In this document: positions 29,334 through 40,962 of the stretch, in pieces
Layout of the letters: the number at the start of each line of letters is the position of its first letter
Numbering within the stretch: position 1 is the first letter of the stretch
Origin: an uncultured SAR86 cluster bacterium
GTDB lineage: Bacteria > Pseudomonadota > Gammaproteobacteria > Magnimaribacterales > D2472
Length of the DNA: 64,000 bases
Assembly (NCBI GenBank): GCA_902541365.1
Contig: CACBQK010000001.1
Location: 165,851-229,850 of the forward strand
Reading direction: 5' to 3'
Notes under the pieces: model-generated
What the model was told of the DNA's origin: nothing
What the model saw: only the letters and a program-made list of their open reading frames with translations
The model's database searches: none
Position numbers and translations under genes: made by a program

Positions 29334-30326
29334 TTACTCGTTTCCAAAAATAGTATTGTGAGTATTATTCACTCTCACAAAGGTAGTACATTTTGATAAA
29401 TCTTTTAATTTATTTGCCCCAACATAAGTGCATGCTGATCGAATACCGCTCAATATATCTTTAATTGTGTCGTTCGCTTTACCTCTATATTCAACTTCAA
29501 CTGTTTTTCCTTCAGTTCCTCTGTAATCATTATGATTACTATGTTTAGTCATTGCTGATTCAGATGCCATTCCATAAAACTTCATAACGCCATCTTCTAC
29601 TTCACCATCACATTCGTCATGTCCTGCTAACATTCCGCCAATCATTACAAAATCTGCACCTCCAGCAAAAGCTTTTACAATATCGCCAGAACTCGTGCAT
29701 CCACCATCAGCAATTATATGTGCGTTTAGTCCGTGAGCAGCATCCGCACATTCTATAACAGCACTTAGTTGCGGATAACCGATACCAGTCTTAATTCTTG
29801 TTGTACACACCGAACCTGGTCCAATACCAACTTTAACTATGTCTGCTCCTGCTAATATCAATTCCTGTGTCATATCTGCTGTAACTACATTTCCTGCTGC
29901 AATAGTTGCATTGGGACATTTATCTCTAAGCCTCTTTACGGAATCAACAAATTTAATGGTATATCCATTTGCGACATCAAGACCGATAAAGCCTGAGTTA
30001 GCTTTTGATAATTTTGATATATCATCTATACCACCGAACCAACATATGTCTGGTTGACCTGTCTTAAATTCATTGGAATTTTTTTTAAGATGATGTTTTG
30101 CCGGACAAGTTATGAGTTTGTATTTCGATAAAACTTTATGCATTGATGGTGTTCCAACTGTGTCCATATTTGCAGACATAATTGGAATTCCAGTCCACTT
30201 TTTCTTACTCCAAAGGAAGCGATGTGTCCTTTGAAGCCTTACTTCTCCCCTGGAGCTCATCGTAGATCTTTTGGGTCTAATTAAAACATCTGAATAATCA
30301 AGTTTTATATCTTCATTAATTAACAA
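29334..30326 (-). CDS. guaC: GMP reductase
   Basis: TTG start preceded by [21 protein letters not shown], the catalytic loop [11 protein letters not shown], and 330 aa with no CBS insert, which separates it from IMPDH. Confidence 0.85.
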   Translation of the reverse strand: MLINEDIKLDYSDVLIRPKRSTMSSRGEVRLQRTHRFLWSKKKWTGIPIMSANMDTVGTPSMHKVLSKYKLITCPAKHHLKKNSNEFKTGQPDICWFGGIDDISKLSKANSGFIGLDVANGYTIKFVDSVKRLRDKCPNATIAAGNVVTADMTQELILAGADIVKVGIGPGSVCTTRIKTGIGYPQLSAVIECADAAHGLNAHIIADGGCTSSGDIVKAFAGGADFVMIGGMLAGHDECDGEVEDGVMKFYGMASESAMTKHSNHNDYRGTEGKTVEVEYRGKANDTIKDILSGIRSACTYVGANKLKDLSKCTTFVRVNNTHNTIFGNE

Positions 30327-30396
30327 AAGTAAATCCTCCTCGACTTATCTACTTTATATTAATAAGCTTATGTTTAAAATAATTAAGTTAATATTT

Positions 30397-31974
30397 TTAT
30401 TCCCACTCAATAGTTGCTGGTGGTTTTCCAGAGATATCATAAACGACCCTACTTACATCCTCTATTTCGTTTACGATCCGTCTTGAAACTTTATCTAAAA
30501 ATTCATGAGGAAGATAAGCCCAGTTTGCAGTCATGAAATCAACTGTCTCCACAGCTCTTAAAGCAATCACTTCGGAGTATCTTCTCTCATCACCAACCAC
30601 TCCAACTGATTTAATTGGTAAAAATACTGCGAATGCTTGGCTGACTGAGTCATACAAATCAGCTTCTCTAAGCTCTTCTATAAAAATGGAATCCGCTTCT
30701 TGAAGAATCTTTATCTTCTTTTCATTTACTTCTCCAAGAATCCTCACGCCTAAACCAGGGCCTGGAAATGGATGTCTATTTAAAATTATCTCAGGCAAAT
30801 CAAGTTGGGAACCCAATCTCCTGACTTCATCTTTAAATAGATCTCTCAAAGGTTCAACGAGCTTGAGCTTCATCTCCTCAGGCAAGCCTCCAACATTGTG
30901 ATGAGACTTAATAACTCTGGCTTCCTTTGATTCAGATTCTGAAGACTCTATTACATCTGGATAAATTGTTCCTTGAGCTAAAAAATCTATGTTCTCAAGC
31001 TTAGCAGCCTCAGCATCAAAAACATCGATGAAAGTTCTACCGATAATTTTTCTTTTCTGTTCTGGGTCTTCTATGCCCTTCAAATGTCTTAAAAATATCT
31101 TTTGTGCATCAACTTTAAAAAGATTTAGATCCATTTCATTTTTGAATGTTTGAACTACCTCCTCTGCTTCATTTTTTCTTAATAGTCCGTTATCAACAAA
31201 AACGCACACAAGATTTTCTCCTATTGCTTTTGATAAAAGCGCTGCTGTTACAGAAGAATCAACTCCTCCAGATAATCCAAGTAGTACTTTTTCTCCATTT
31301 GTTATATCTTTGATTTCTTTAATCCTGCTAGAAATTAGATCATCAAGCTTCCAGTCTGGTTTACATGAGCAAATTTCAAAGATGAAGTTATCTAAAATTA
31401 GCTTGCCACCTTTTGTATGAGTCACTTCTGGATGGAACTGAAGTGCATAAATAGGTTTTGAAGAATGTTCCATTGTAGCTATTGGAGCCGATTCTGTGGA
31501 AGCAATTAATTTAAAATCGTTTGGTAAAGTTTCTACTTTATCTCCATGACTCATCCAGACATCAATTGCTTCAGATGAAGATCCGGTAAATAGTTTTGAG
31601 TTATCTTCAATATTTAGGACAGAGAATCCAAATTCTTTTTTTTCAGAAGTTGTAACTTGGCCTCCCATTTGCTCAGCTAAAGTCTGCATCCCGTAACAAA
31701 TACCAAGAATGGGAACCTGCAAGTCAAAAACTATCTTTGGTGCTCTTGGTGTATGAGTGTCAGTGACAGATTCTGGCCCGCCTGATAAGATTATTCCCTT
31801 TGGATTAATATCCTCTATTTTCTTAATATCCACATCCCAAGGAAGAATTTCAGAATAGACATCTGATTCTCTTATTCTTCTTGCAATTAATTGAGTATAT
31901 TGAGAGCCAAAATCTAAAACGAGAATAGTATCAATATTTTTACTTTTTATGTCGAGCTTTGATTGGACTGACAT
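30397..31974 (-). CDS. guaA: GMP synthase (glutamine-hydrolysing)
   Basis: 525 aa. GATase domain (ICYGMQ, HPE), ATP-PPase P-loop SGGVDSS, and C-terminus KPPATIEWE. Confidence 0.95.
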   Translation of the reverse strand: MSVQSKLDIKSKNIDTILVLDFGSQYTQLIARRIRESDVYSEILPWDVDIKKIEDINPKGIILSGGPESVTDTHTPRAPKIVFDLQVPILGICYGMQTLAEQMGGQVTTSEKKEFGFSVLNIEDNSKLFTGSSSEAIDVWMSHGDKVETLPNDFKLIASTESAPIATMEHSSKPIYALQFHPEVTHTKGGKLILDNFIFEICSCKPDWKLDDLISSRIKEIKDITNGEKVLLGLSGGVDSSVTAALLSKAIGENLVCVFVDNGLLRKNEAEEVVQTFKNEMDLNLFKVDAQKIFLRHLKGIEDPEQKRKIIGRTFIDVFDAEAAKLENIDFLAQGTIYPDVIESSESESKEARVIKSHHNVGGLPEEMKLKLVEPLRDLFKDEVRRLGSQLDLPEIILNRHPFPGPGLGVRILGEVNEKKIKILQEADSIFIEELREADLYDSVSQAFAVFLPIKSVGVVGDERRYSEVIALRAVETVDFMTANWAYLPHEFLDKVSRRIVNEIEDVSRVVYDISGKPPATIEWE

Positions 31975-31982
31975 TTTAAAAC

Positions 31983-33443
31983 TTAACTTCTTTGATAGTT
32001 TGGTGCTTCTTTAGTGATTTGAACATCATGCACATGGCTTTCAGTCATTCCAGCATTTGTAATTTCAACGAACCTGCTATTTTCTTTCATTTCTTGAATA
32101 TTTTTACAACCAACATAGCCCATACTTTGTCTAAGACCTCCAATCAGTTGGTTAATAACATTGATAGCCCATCCTTTATAAGGAACTCTGCCCTCAACGC
32201 CTTCAGGTACAAGTTTTTCAGCATCAATATCTTCCTGAAAGTATCTGTTGCTATCATCTCTTTTAGACATTGCTCCCAAGGACCCCATTCCTCTGTAAGT
32301 CTTGAAGCTTCTTCCTTGATAGAGCTCAAATTCTCCAGGTGCTTCTTCAGTTCCTGCAAAAATACTTCCAAGCATTACGCTGTCAGCCCCTGCTGCAATT
32401 GCTTTGGCTATGTCTCCTGAATAGCGCATACCGCCATCCGCTATTAGCGGCACCTTTCCTTTTACTTTTTCATATATTGTCAATATTGCAGAAATTTGTG
32501 GAACTCCAATGCCAGCAATAATTCTTGTTGTACATATTGATCCAGGACCCATACCAATCTTTATGCCATCTGCACCAGCTTCTATTAACGCCTCTGCTCC
32601 TTCTGGGGTAGCAACATTTCCAGCAATGACATCTTTAGTTGGAAATTCTTTTTTAATCATTTTTACTGTCTCTATTACACTTTTAGTATGGCCATGCGCA
32701 CTATCAACAACAAACAAATCAACTCCTGAATCAGCTAAAGACTTAGCTCTATCAAAAGTTTCAGCTCCTGTTCCTATTGCGGCTCCAACTCTTAGCTGAC
32801 CTGCATCATCCTTAGTAGCATTTGGATGCTTTTCAGACTTTTCAATATCTTTCATTGTTACTAAACCGGTTAACTTTTCTGCCTTATCTAAGACAAGAAC
32901 TTTTTCAATTCTGTTTTCATACATCATTTTCTTAACTACCTCTTGTGAGGTGCCTTCAAGAACCGTAATTAATTTTTCACGAGGTGTCATAATCGATTCA
33001 ACCAGATCATCCATATTGTCTGCATATCTAAAATCTCTACTGGTTACTATTCCTTTTACCACTCCATCATCAACCACAGGCATACCAGATATATTTAACT
33101 CTCCTGTGAGTTGTTTTAATTGGCCAATTGTTTGTTTAGAGCTTATTGTGGTTGGATCACGAACAACTCCACTTTCATATTTTTTTACATTCCTGACAGC
33201 ATTTGATTGCTCTTGGATCGAACAATTTTTGTGCAGAATTCCCATACCTCCTGCTTCTGCGAGGGCAATTGCCATTCTATATTCTGTAACTGTATCCATT
33301 GCAGCAGATAACAACGGCAAATTAATATCAATATTTTTAGTGAGAGACGTCTTTACAGATGCTTGACTTGGAAGAAAGTCGCAATAGGATGGAACAAGAA
33401 GTACATCATCGAAAGTGAGTGCTTTGGCTTTTACTTTGTCCAT
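31983..33443 (-). CDS. guaB: IMP dehydrogenase
   Basis: [11 protein letters not shown], a CBS pair, and the catalytic loop [12 protein letters not shown] place the start at ATG 33443 ([13 protein letters not shown]), not the track start at 33458. Confidence 0.95.
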   Translation of the reverse strand: MDKVKAKALTFDDVLLVPSYCDFLPSQASVKTSLTKNIDINLPLLSAAMDTVTEYRMAIALAEAGGMGILHKNCSIQEQSNAVRNVKKYESGVVRDPTTISSKQTIGQLKQLTGELNISGMPVVDDGVVKGIVTSRDFRYADNMDDLVESIMTPREKLITVLEGTSQEVVKKMMYENRIEKVLVLDKAEKLTGLVTMKDIEKSEKHPNATKDDAGQLRVGAAIGTGAETFDRAKSLADSGVDLFVVDSAHGHTKSVIETVKMIKKEFPTKDVIAGNVATPEGAEALIEAGADGIKIGMGPGSICTTRIIAGIGVPQISAILTIYEKVKGKVPLIADGGMRYSGDIAKAIAAGADSVMLGSIFAGTEEAPGEFELYQGRSFKTYRGMGSLGAMSKRDDSNRYFQEDIDAEKLVPEGVEGRVPYKGWAINVINQLIGGLRQSMGYVGCKNIQEMKENSRFVEITNAGMTESHVHDVQITKEAPNYQRS

Positions 33444-33499
33444 GCAGAAGTATAACAAAAGATTTTTAAGAAAAAAATAATTCAGACCTTAAACAAGGG

Positions 33500-33838
33500 C
33501 TAATTTAATAACAAGTCAGTCTTTGCCGCACAAATAAAATCATTTTTATGAAGGCCATTGATTTTATGAGACCACCATTTAACTGTAACCTTTCCCCACT
33601 CTAAAATAATTAATGGGTGATGGTCTTCAACATCAGCAAGCGCAGCAACTTGATTGGAGAACTCAACTGCTTTTTCATAATTATCAAATGTAAAAATCTT
33701 TTCTAAATAATCAAACCCATCATTCATGATTATCCAATTATCTAGCGTTTTTATTAGTTCGTCAGATTCCTCCTTGGTGACTTTTGGTGAATCGATAGCA
33801 CATGCTTCACATTTTTGACTTGTGAGATCTGATGACAT
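33500..33838 (-). CDS. phhB: pterin-4-alpha-carbinolamine dehydratase
   Basis: 112 aa. DHHPLIILEWGKVTVKWWSH is the PCD/DCoH signature. Confidence 0.8.
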   Translation of the reverse strand: MSSDLTSQKCEACAIDSPKVTKEESDELIKTLDNWIIMNDGFDYLEKIFTFDNYEKAVEFSNQVAALADVEDHHPLIILEWGKVTVKWWSHKINGLHKNDFICAAKTDLLLN

Positions 33839-35229
33839 TATGACTTAATACCACCCTTCGTTAATTTTGAAGGATCTAAGAGTTTTTTAAGCCGAGAAAC
33901 TGAAATACCTGTTTCTTCGTGAGCTACATCAATAACAGGTCTGGATTCTTTATAAGCTCTTTTAGCGATTTCTGCTGCCTTCTGATAACCGATGACCGGA
34001 TTCAAAGCAGTGACCAAGATTGGATTTCTTGAGAGTGATTCCTCAATCTTTTTATGATTCACCTTGAAGGTCTTTATAGCTTTTTTAGCAAGAACATTCA
34101 TACTACCAGCAAGGATATTTACACTTTTCAAGTTGCAATAAGCAATTACTGGTAACATCACATTAAGTTGGAAGTTTCCCGATTGAGCTGCAACTGTTAT
34201 AGAAACATCATTACCAATAACATCTGCTGCGGCCATTGCTACGGCCTCAGGAATTACAGGATTTACTTTTCCAGGCATTATGCTGCTTCCCGGTTGAAGA
34301 GCCTTAAGCTCAATTTCCGAGATTCCAGATAAGGGTCCACTATTCATCCATCTAAGGTCATTAGATATTTTTAAAAGGATTGTTGCTAAATTTTTAAGTT
34401 CTCCGGATAGCTGGACAGATAAATCTTGTGCACTTAAGTTTCTAAAAAAATCTTTGCTTGGCTTAGTTTTAAATCCAGTGAGTTTTGAAAGTTCCTTAGC
34501 AAATTCTTTTGAAAATCTTCTGTGTGCATTTATTCCTGATCCAACTGCAGTTCCTCCCTGAGGAAGAAATAAAAGCTTCTCAAGAACAACTGCTATTGAT
34601 TCTCTAGAGCATTTAAGTTGAGTATTCCAAGCATTTAATTCATCAGACATATCAACTGGCATGGCATCCATAAGATGTGTTCTGCCCGTCTTTGTAATTC
34701 CTTTCACTGATTCAGCTTTTTTCTCTAAAGTTTCAATGAGTAAATTTAATGCTGGCATTAATTTCTTTGTTGCGTCGAAGTAATAGGCCAGATTCATGAC
34801 AGTTGGAATTACATCGTTAGAGCTCTGGCTCATATTTACATCATCATTTGGATGAATCTTAACTTTAGAGGTTTTGTAGCAAAGATTTGCTATTACCTCA
34901 TTTGCATTCATGTTTGTACTTGTTCCAGACCCAGTTTGAAAAACATCAATTGGAAACTCTTTTCCATGTTTATTAGTCCAAACCTCTTTTGCAGCTCTTG
35001 AAATAACTTTTTGTTTTTTTGCTTCTAATAGCTTCAGATTTTTATTTGCTCTTGCTGCAGCATCTTTTACAAAGCCAAGCATTGCTATAAAGGTATTCGT
35101 GAAAGGGAAGTTCATTGAGATGCCGCTAATTGGGAAATTATCTATTGCTCTTTGAGTCTGTGCTCCCCATAGAGCATTTCTTGGCACCCTTACTTTTCCA
35201 AGGCTATCTTCTTCTATTCTAAATTTCAT
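33838..35229 (-). CDS. fumC: class II fumarate hydratase
   Basis: 463 aa. N-terminus EEDSLGKVRVPRNALWGAQTQRAIDNF and the lyase signature GSSIMPGKVNP. Confidence 0.85.
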   Translation of the reverse strand: MKFRIEEDSLGKVRVPRNALWGAQTQRAIDNFPISGISMNFPFTNTFIAMLGFVKDAAARANKNLKLLEAKKQKVISRAAKEVWTNKHGKEFPIDVFQTGSGTSTNMNANEVIANLCYKTSKVKIHPNDDVNMSQSSNDVIPTVMNLAYYFDATKKLMPALNLLIETLEKKAESVKGITKTGRTHLMDAMPVDMSDELNAWNTQLKCSRESIAVVLEKLLFLPQGGTAVGSGINAHRRFSKEFAKELSKLTGFKTKPSKDFFRNLSAQDLSVQLSGELKNLATILLKISNDLRWMNSGPLSGISEIELKALQPGSSIMPGKVNPVIPEAVAMAAADVIGNDVSITVAAQSGNFQLNVMLPVIAYCNLKSVNILAGSMNVLAKKAIKTFKVNHKKIEESLSRNPILVTALNPVIGYQKAAEIAKRAYKESRPVIDVAHEETGISVSRLKKLLDPSKLTKGGIKS

Positions 35230-35288
35230 AATTACCTCGTTTTTATGTAAACTATTTTACACCTATAAAGTTAAAGGAGATAGAACAT

Positions 35289-36098
35289 ATGGGAAAAGTA
35301 ACTCCATTAAAAATTGATGTTAATGACGGTAGACTGCCTTTGAAAGATAAAGGCCTAGACATGAAAGATTTTTCATCTGTAGCCGAGTTAAGAAGAGATC
35401 AGCTTGAAAAGCTTGCTGCGGGTTTCAGAATGTTTGCACATTTTGGTTTTAACGAGGGTGTTGCAGGTCATATTACTTATAGAGATCCTGAATTCCCTGA
35501 TCATTTCTGGGTAAATCCTCTTGGTGTTCATTTCTCACAAATTTCGGTCTCAGATCTAATACTGGTAAATCATGATGGTGAAGTTGTACAAGGTGATAAA
35601 GCAGTCAATGTTGCCGCCTTTGCAATTCACTCAAGATTACATAAAGCAAGACCTGACGTTAATGCTGCAGCTCATTCTCATTCTATTTATGGAAGAACTT
35701 TTTCAACCCTAGGAAAATTATTAGATCCTATTTCTCAGGACGCTTGTGCTTTTTATGAAACTCAAGCTATTTATAAAGATTTTTCTGGTGTTGTTGAAGA
35801 AGTTGATGAAGGAGACCTAATTGCTGAAGCATTAGGAGATAAAAAAGTTATTATCCTTCAAAACCATGGAATTTTAACAACTGGTCCATCTGTCGATATA
35901 GCGCTATGGTTTTACACATCTATGGAGCGTTGCTGCCAAGCTCAATTGATGGCTGATGCTGCTGGTGAGATACAATTAATTCCTCATGATACAGCAATCA
36001 AAACAAGATCATTTATAGCTAATGACGTGGCTGCATGGGCAAGTTTTCAGCCTGCTTTTGATATGATCTGTAAAAAAGAGCCCGATTTATTCGACTAA
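35289..36098 (+). CDS. class II aldolase/adducin-family protein
   Basis: 269 aa. GVAGHITYRD, the zinc-ligand region AAAHSHS, and LQNHGILT. Confidence 0.7.
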   Translation: MGKVTPLKIDVNDGRLPLKDKGLDMKDFSSVAELRRDQLEKLAAGFRMFAHFGFNEGVAGHITYRDPEFPDHFWVNPLGVHFSQISVSDLILVNHDGEVVQGDKAVNVAAFAIHSRLHKARPDVNAAAHSHSIYGRTFSTLGKLLDPISQDACAFYETQAIYKDFSGVVEEVDEGDLIAEALGDKKVIILQNHGILTTGPSVDIALWFYTSMERCCQAQLMADAAGEIQLIPHDTAIKTRSFIANDVAAWASFQPAFDMICKKEPDLFD

Positions 36099-37514
36099 AG
36101 CACCAATTACTGCTTTCGTTTCTAAACATTCTTCTAGGCCATGTGTGCCATGCTCTCTTCCATTACCAGAAGAGCCATAACCACCAAAGGGTGCTGATCT
36201 AACTCTAGCTCCTTTATTGATAGTAACTTGACCGGCTCTTATTTTTGAAGCAACTTCTACTGCATGAGCCTGCTCACCTTGAACATATCCAGCAAGTCCA
36301 TACGGAGTATCATTTGCTATCTCGATAGCTTCTTCTTCAGTTTCATATTTAATTAAACACAAAACTGGACCAAAAATTTCTTCTCTAGCAATAGTCATAT
36401 CATTCGTTACATCAGAAAATATAGTTGGTTTGACATAATAGCCACTTTCACAACCATCTGGAAGACCAACGCCACCGGCAGATAGTGTTGCTCCTTCATC
36501 AATGCCAATCTGTATCATCCTTTGAACTTTTTCATATTGAGTCTTATTAGAAATTGGTCCCATTTTTGTATCGGCATCAAAAGGATCTCCAACCTTCATA
36601 GCATTAGCAGTATTAGCAGCAACTTCAACTGCTTTGTCATAGTTTTTAGATGACACTAGCATCCTTGTAGGTGCATTACATGATTGTCCTGTATTTAAGA
36701 AACACGAGGAGACTCCTGCGGATACGGCTTTATCAATATCCGCATCATCAAGAATTATATTTGCTGACTTTCCACCCAACTCCTGAGCTACTCTTTTCAC
36801 TGTTGGAGCTGAAGCTTGAGCAACAGCAACGCCTGCCCTTGTTGATCCAGTAAAATGCATCATATCAATATCTTTATGTTCAGACATTGAGGCACCAACA
36901 ACTGGACCCATACCGTTGACTAAATTAAAGATTCCAGCAGGAACACCAGCATCGTGAATAATTTCTGCAAGAATTATTCCGCAGAAAGGTGTTATTTCGC
37001 TTGGTTTTAGGACCATTGTACATCCAGCAGCTATGCCTGATGCTACTTTTGTACACATTTGATTCATTGGCCAATTCCATGGAGTGATCATTCCAACAAC
37101 ACCAACAGGCTCTTTTCGAACAAGATAGCCATCTTTTTCATACTCAAAATCATAGTGTTTAAGAACATTAAGAGTGTCTTTAAAATGTGTAAGGCCAGAA
37201 GCAACCTGAGCAACCTGAGATAGCCATATAGGAGCACCCATTTCCTTAGATATTGTCTCAGCTAACTCTTCAGATCTTTTTTCGTATTCTGAAATTATAC
37301 TTTCTAAGATTTGGACTCTTTCTTCTTTAGTTGAAAAACTAAAATCACTAAAAGCTGCTTTAGCAGCCGCCACAGCGTCATCAACGTCTTCAAAGTTTCC
37401 TGCAGTTATTACTCCAAGAACAGAATCATCTGACGGATTCATGACTTCAATTGTTTCAGTTGAATGAGAGTCGACCCACTCTCCATTTATGTACATTTGT
37501 AATTTTTCTAACAT
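36087..37514 (-). CDS. NAD(P)-dependent aldehyde dehydrogenase
   Basis: 475 aa. ITPWNWP, FTGSTRAG, ELGGKSA, catalytic Cys region NTGQSCNAP, and EEIFGPV. The 3' end overlaps the convergent aldolase gene by 12 nt. Confidence 0.9.
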   Translation of the reverse strand: MLEKLQMYINGEWVDSHSTETIEVMNPSDDSVLGVITAGNFEDVDDAVAAAKAAFSDFSFSTKEERVQILESIISEYEKRSEELAETISKEMGAPIWLSQVAQVASGLTHFKDTLNVLKHYDFEYEKDGYLVRKEPVGVVGMITPWNWPMNQMCTKVASGIAAGCTMVLKPSEITPFCGIILAEIIHDAGVPAGIFNLVNGMGPVVGASMSEHKDIDMMHFTGSTRAGVAVAQASAPTVKRVAQELGGKSANIILDDADIDKAVSAGVSSCFLNTGQSCNAPTRMLVSSKNYDKAVEVAANTANAMKVGDPFDADTKMGPISNKTQYEKVQRMIQIGIDEGATLSAGGVGLPDGCESGYYVKPTIFSDVTNDMTIAREEIFGPVLCLIKYETEEEAIEIANDTPYGLAGYVQGEQAHAVEVASKIRAGQVTINKGARVRSAPFGGYGSSGNGREHGTHGLEECLETKAVIGALVE

Positions 37515-37578
37515 AAGTACCTCTTTAAATCTTCGAAAGATTATAACCTATAACTGTTTTTTATTTTATAAATAAATA

Positions 37579-38571
37579 CTAATGATATTTTAGATTTTCT
37601 AAAATACTCTTTCTTAGTCTTGACCTAGATATTTCTATATCCTGATTTTGCGAGTTTGATGAATTGATCCTTAAATCTTGGCCTATTTCTGACCTTTGAA
37701 TAAAACCTTTATCTAAATAACTATTGATTTGCTTTGTATATCTTTCTGGGCATTTAAAATTTGCTGGATAAATTGTTGTTACTTGCTTTCCTGATGAAAT
37801 TGATTCAGAGATCATCATTGCGCTGTCTTCAGTTACATATATACATTCGCTCATTGAGAAAAGTTTCTTCAGATCAGCATTTTTTCCACCTGCATGGAAC
37901 CAAATTGAATCACAACATAGATTGCTAAGGTTATTTCTAAGAGTTATCTCATGATCCTTATTTGATCTTCTTGATGTTACGCAAATGATTTCTTTATCTA
38001 GTTTATTAGTAAGATTATTTAAGGATTGTATAATATGATTTATATCATTCTTTGAGTAGAAATATCCCATACCCTCTCCTCCAAATAAGAAAAGAATCTT
38101 ATCAGAACTTATATCATTGTTAATGCAATTTTTTGGAGAGTACCTATTTGGTGTTATTTCATAAACAATGTTGTTTGATGCATCAGAATATTTCTCAGCC
38201 GTAAGGTGTGCATTAAATAACTCAGAACTAATTCCCCTAGGAGATCCTAACTGTATATTAGGTATTCCATATAGTTTTGATAAAGCGGCATTAATAGGAA
38301 AAGTATTTCCCCCAGCAGCAACAAGGAAATCAAATCCCTCAACATTAATTTTATCGAAGAATCTAAGAATCCATTTTGACTTTTTTTTCGACAGGTTATT
38401 ACATAATTTTCTTCCTATGATCTTAAAAAGAGACCTAAGTACTTTTACTTTCCATTTCATCTCTACAATTGAAAATTCCATTTCAATTTCTTCACTAAGG
38501 AGCATGCAAATACCAATTGATTGATTAAAGTGCCCAGGAACAGAATCGCTAATTATTAATGCTTTTTTCAT
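37579..38571 (-). CDS. ELM1/DUF1022-family protein (GT-B-like, function unknown in bacteria). Candidate glycosyltransferase.
   Basis: I place the start at ATG 38571 (MKKALIISDSVPGHFNQSIG). SRRS and VTEDSAMMISESISSGKQV match the ELM1 family pattern (xxSDGxxGHxNQxxG ... SRRTP ... VTxDSxSMxSEAxxTGKPV) as I remember it. Confidence 0.55.
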   Translation of the reverse strand: MKKALIISDSVPGHFNQSIGICMLLSEEIEMEFSIVEMKWKVKVLRSLFKIIGRKLCNNLSKKKSKWILRFFDKINVEGFDFLVAAGGNTFPINAALSKLYGIPNIQLGSPRGISSELFNAHLTAEKYSDASNNIVYEITPNRYSPKNCINNDISSDKILFLFGGEGMGYFYSKNDINHIIQSLNNLTNKLDKEIICVTSRRSNKDHEITLRNNLSNLCCDSIWFHAGGKNADLKKLFSMSECIYVTEDSAMMISESISSGKQVTTIYPANFKCPERYTKQINSYLDKGFIQRSEIGQDLRINSSNSQNQDIEISRSRLRKSILENLKYH

Positions 38572-39322
38572 AAGAAAGTATGTATTTATTAAAAAAAATA
38601 TCATTTTTCATTTTTTTCTCAACTTCACCTATATGATGTTCTTCATCAACACCAGTCATTACTTCATGTGTCAAAAAAGATCCTATTTTTATATCATTAT
38701 CAAGAAATCGCATCATATCTATTGATTCTATGATTTCATGCTTAGATGGTTTTAATTGAGAAAATTTCTCTAGTCCATTTGTCTTAAAAGCAATCATCCC
38801 GAGCTGCCTAAATCCAGATTTTCCATTAGCTGGTATGGCCGTTCTACTGAAATTAATAATATCTTTATCATTATTAATAATCGCTTTAACAATATTCGTA
38901 TCAATTAAGTCTTCATTTTCTATTGGATGAATTAAATTAATTACATCGTTATTTGATTCAGTAATTTCTTTTATTAATTGATCTATGGTTTCTGGATTAA
39001 TTTGTGGCTCATCTCCTTGAAGCAGAAGTACATTGTCATATAATTGACCATCGCTCTTAAGAATATCTAAAACTTCACATGCCCTTTCAGTTGCTCTCTC
39101 ATGCTTATCTGAAGTCATGATTGCTTTAAATCCTAGTTGATTTGATAACTCTATAATTTCTTTGTCTGGAGTTGCAAGAATAAGTTTATCTACATTCTTA
39201 CAGAGCAGAGCTCTATAATAACAATGCGCAATCATTGGAATACCAAGTATCATCTTAAGTGGTTTATTTGGGAATCTAGAAGAAGCTAATCTAGCTGGAA
39301 TTACAGCAAGAGTCCTAGTCAT
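38549..39322 (-). CDS. KdsB/NeuA-type cytidylyltransferase (CMP-2-keto-3-deoxy-sugar-acid synthetase family)
   Basis: 257 aa. N-terminus LAVIPARLASSRFPNKPLKMILGIPMIAHCY and LLLQGDEP are typical of the CTP_transf_3 family. Confidence 0.75.
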   Translation of the reverse strand: MTRTLAVIPARLASSRFPNKPLKMILGIPMIAHCYYRALLCKNVDKLILATPDKEIIELSNQLGFKAIMTSDKHERATERACEVLDILKSDGQLYDNVLLLQGDEPQINPETIDQLIKEITESNNDVINLIHPIENEDLIDTNIVKAIINNDKDIINFSRTAIPANGKSGFRQLGMIAFKTNGLEKFSQLKPSKHEIIESIDMMRFLDNDIKIGSFLTHEVMTGVDEEHHIGEVEKKMKNDIFFNKYILSYEKSINN

Positions 39323-40061
39323 CTTTAAACGGTTTTCTAGCAGTAGTTTCGAGCATCCTAAAATCGACAGAAAATGCTATCAACTCGTAACCATCAGAAA
39401 CTTTTTGGTTAAAACTTTCAATATTTGGCTCAACCACATGAATACCCTTACTTACATTGTGTTTTTCTGCCGCTTTGAGGATTTTCTTTTCCATATCAAT
39501 AAACTCAATTGTCTCAAACTTTCCTGGACTCCCTATCGAAGCAGATAGATCATATGGTCCTAAGAAGTATCCTGAAATATCACTAGCAAAGATTTCATCA
39601 ATATTTTCTACTGCTTCTTTTGATTCAATATTTACAAAGAGCTCTATATCACGGGAAGTAGACTTAATGTATTCCATCTTCATTTCTTCATCACCATATC
39701 CTTGAGCTCTGTAAAGACCCATTCCCCTTTTACCTTCTGGAGGATAAGAAGAATATGCAATAGCTTTTTTTACATCTGTAACGTTATTAACCATTGGAAC
39801 AATAACTCCTCTTGCTCCGAAATCTAAAACTTTTTTTATTTCAGCTTCATTGTTAGATGAAACTCTAACAAAAGGCTTTACACCTTTTAGATCGATAACT
39901 CTAATAAGTTTTTCTGCCTGTGATAATGTGATGGGTGTATGTTCCAAATCAATTGTAATCCACTCATAGCCAGAGTTACATAAAATCTCTGCAATGGCTT
40001 CACTATATATTGTTAACCAAGTCCCAATAGATGGTTTTTTCATATTATTTATTATTTTCAT
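39315..40061 (-). CDS. HpcH/HpaI-family class II (pyruvate-dependent) aldolase
   Basis: 248 aa TIM barrel. GTWLTIYSEAIAEILCNSGYEWITIDLEH, FVRVSSN, VIVPMV. Length and motifs match HpaI/HpcH-type aldolases. Confidence 0.7.
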   Translation of the reverse strand: MKIINNMKKPSIGTWLTIYSEAIAEILCNSGYEWITIDLEHTPITLSQAEKLIRVIDLKGVKPFVRVSSNNEAEIKKVLDFGARGVIVPMVNNVTDVKKAIAYSSYPPEGKRGMGLYRAQGYGDEEMKMEYIKSTSRDIELFVNIESKEAVENIDEIFASDISGYFLGPYDLSASIGSPGKFETIEFIDMEKKILKAAEKHNVSKGIHVVEPNIESFNQKVSDGYELIAFSVDFRMLETTARKPFKDD

Positions 40062-40962
40062 CTAGTCCTTCTATTGCTGCAAGTCCCATTGCAATAACTC
40101 CTTCTTCAGTCATGCTTCCTAGATGAGAGGTTGCAAAGAAGTTTTTTAGGTTCAATAGTGGAGAATCAAATGCTGGCTCAACCTCAAAAACATCAAATGC
40201 TGCAAAAGCTTTTTCATTATTTTTCAAAAAATTAAATAAATGCTCCTCATTTACTATGCCCCCTCTGGAAGTATTAATTATTTTTAAATCTTTCTTTGAG
40301 ATTTCAAAAAGTTTTTTATCTATAAAGCCTTTTGAGGAATCAGTTAAAGGCAAATGAATACTTACAATATCTGCATCTGCAAAAATTTCTTCAGCAGTGC
40401 TTTGAATAACTTCTTTTCTTTCTATTTGCTGAATGTCGAATCCAAGTATCTTACATTTATATGGCTTAAGAAAATCTGCTAAATGGTTTCCTATATTCCC
40501 AAAACCTAAGATACCAATAGTTTTATTTGTTAATTCTTGGCCTCTTGCTTGGCTCCAAATCCCATCTTTTATATTTGTCATGCTTAAATGTACTCTCCTT
40601 AAAGACATTAAAATGAGTAACATTGCCAGTTCTGCAACAGGCACCTTGTTAACTCCTGGTCGAAAACTAAGCCTAATATTTTTCTTATTTAATTCATCTA
40701 GATTGATGTTGTTTAATCCTACGCCATACTTACTGATAACCTCTAGATTAGGGAGATTATCTAATATTGTTGAATCAAATTTTTCTAGGCCAACAATAAC
40801 TTTATTGGCACCTTTTAAAAAATCTATTAAAGACTGACCGCTAAGTGATTTTCCTTCAGTGTTTAAAGTGACTTTCTCATATCTATTTCTAAGCTCGTCT
40901 ACTAATGTTTTATTTTTTGAGAAAGATCTAGATGTGACAGCTACTTCATCTTTTTTATTCAT
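40045..40962 (-). CDS. D-isomer-specific 2-hydroxyacid dehydrogenase (PGDH/GyaR-like)
   Basis: 305 aa. NAD site GILGFGNIGNHLA, HLPLT, SRGGIVNE and the catalytic His region FFATSHLGS. Confidence 0.8.
   Translation of the reverse strand: MNKKDEVAVTSRSFSKNKTLVDELRNRYEKVTLNTEGKSLSGQSLIDFLKGANKVIVGLEKFDSTILDNLPNLEVISKYGVGLNNINLDELNKKNIRLSFRPGVNKVPVAELAMLLILMSLRRVHLSMTNIKDGIWSQARGQELTNKTIGILGFGNIGNHLADFLKPYKCKILGFDIQQIERKEVIQSTAEEIFADADIVSIHLPLTDSSKGFIDKKLFEISKKDLKIINTSRGGIVNEEHLFNFLKNNEKAFAAFDVFEVEPAFDSPLLNLKNFFATSHLGSMTEEGVIAMGLAAIEGLDENNK

Noticed and set aside
37528-37542. Small palindrome AATCTT-CGA-AAGATT between the ELM1-like gene and the aldehyde dehydrogenase gene, considered as a terminator
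   Set aside because: The stem is only 6 bp and AT-rich, with a 3-nt loop and no following T-run on the transcribed (minus) strand. This is too weak to call.
38572-38604. Longer start choices for the ELM1-like (38604), IMPase-like (41795) and guaB (33458) ORFs
   Set aside because: The extensions are hydrophobic or low-complexity, overlap the upstream gene by up to about 100 nt, and precede Met codons at which family homology begins (38571, 41699, 33443).
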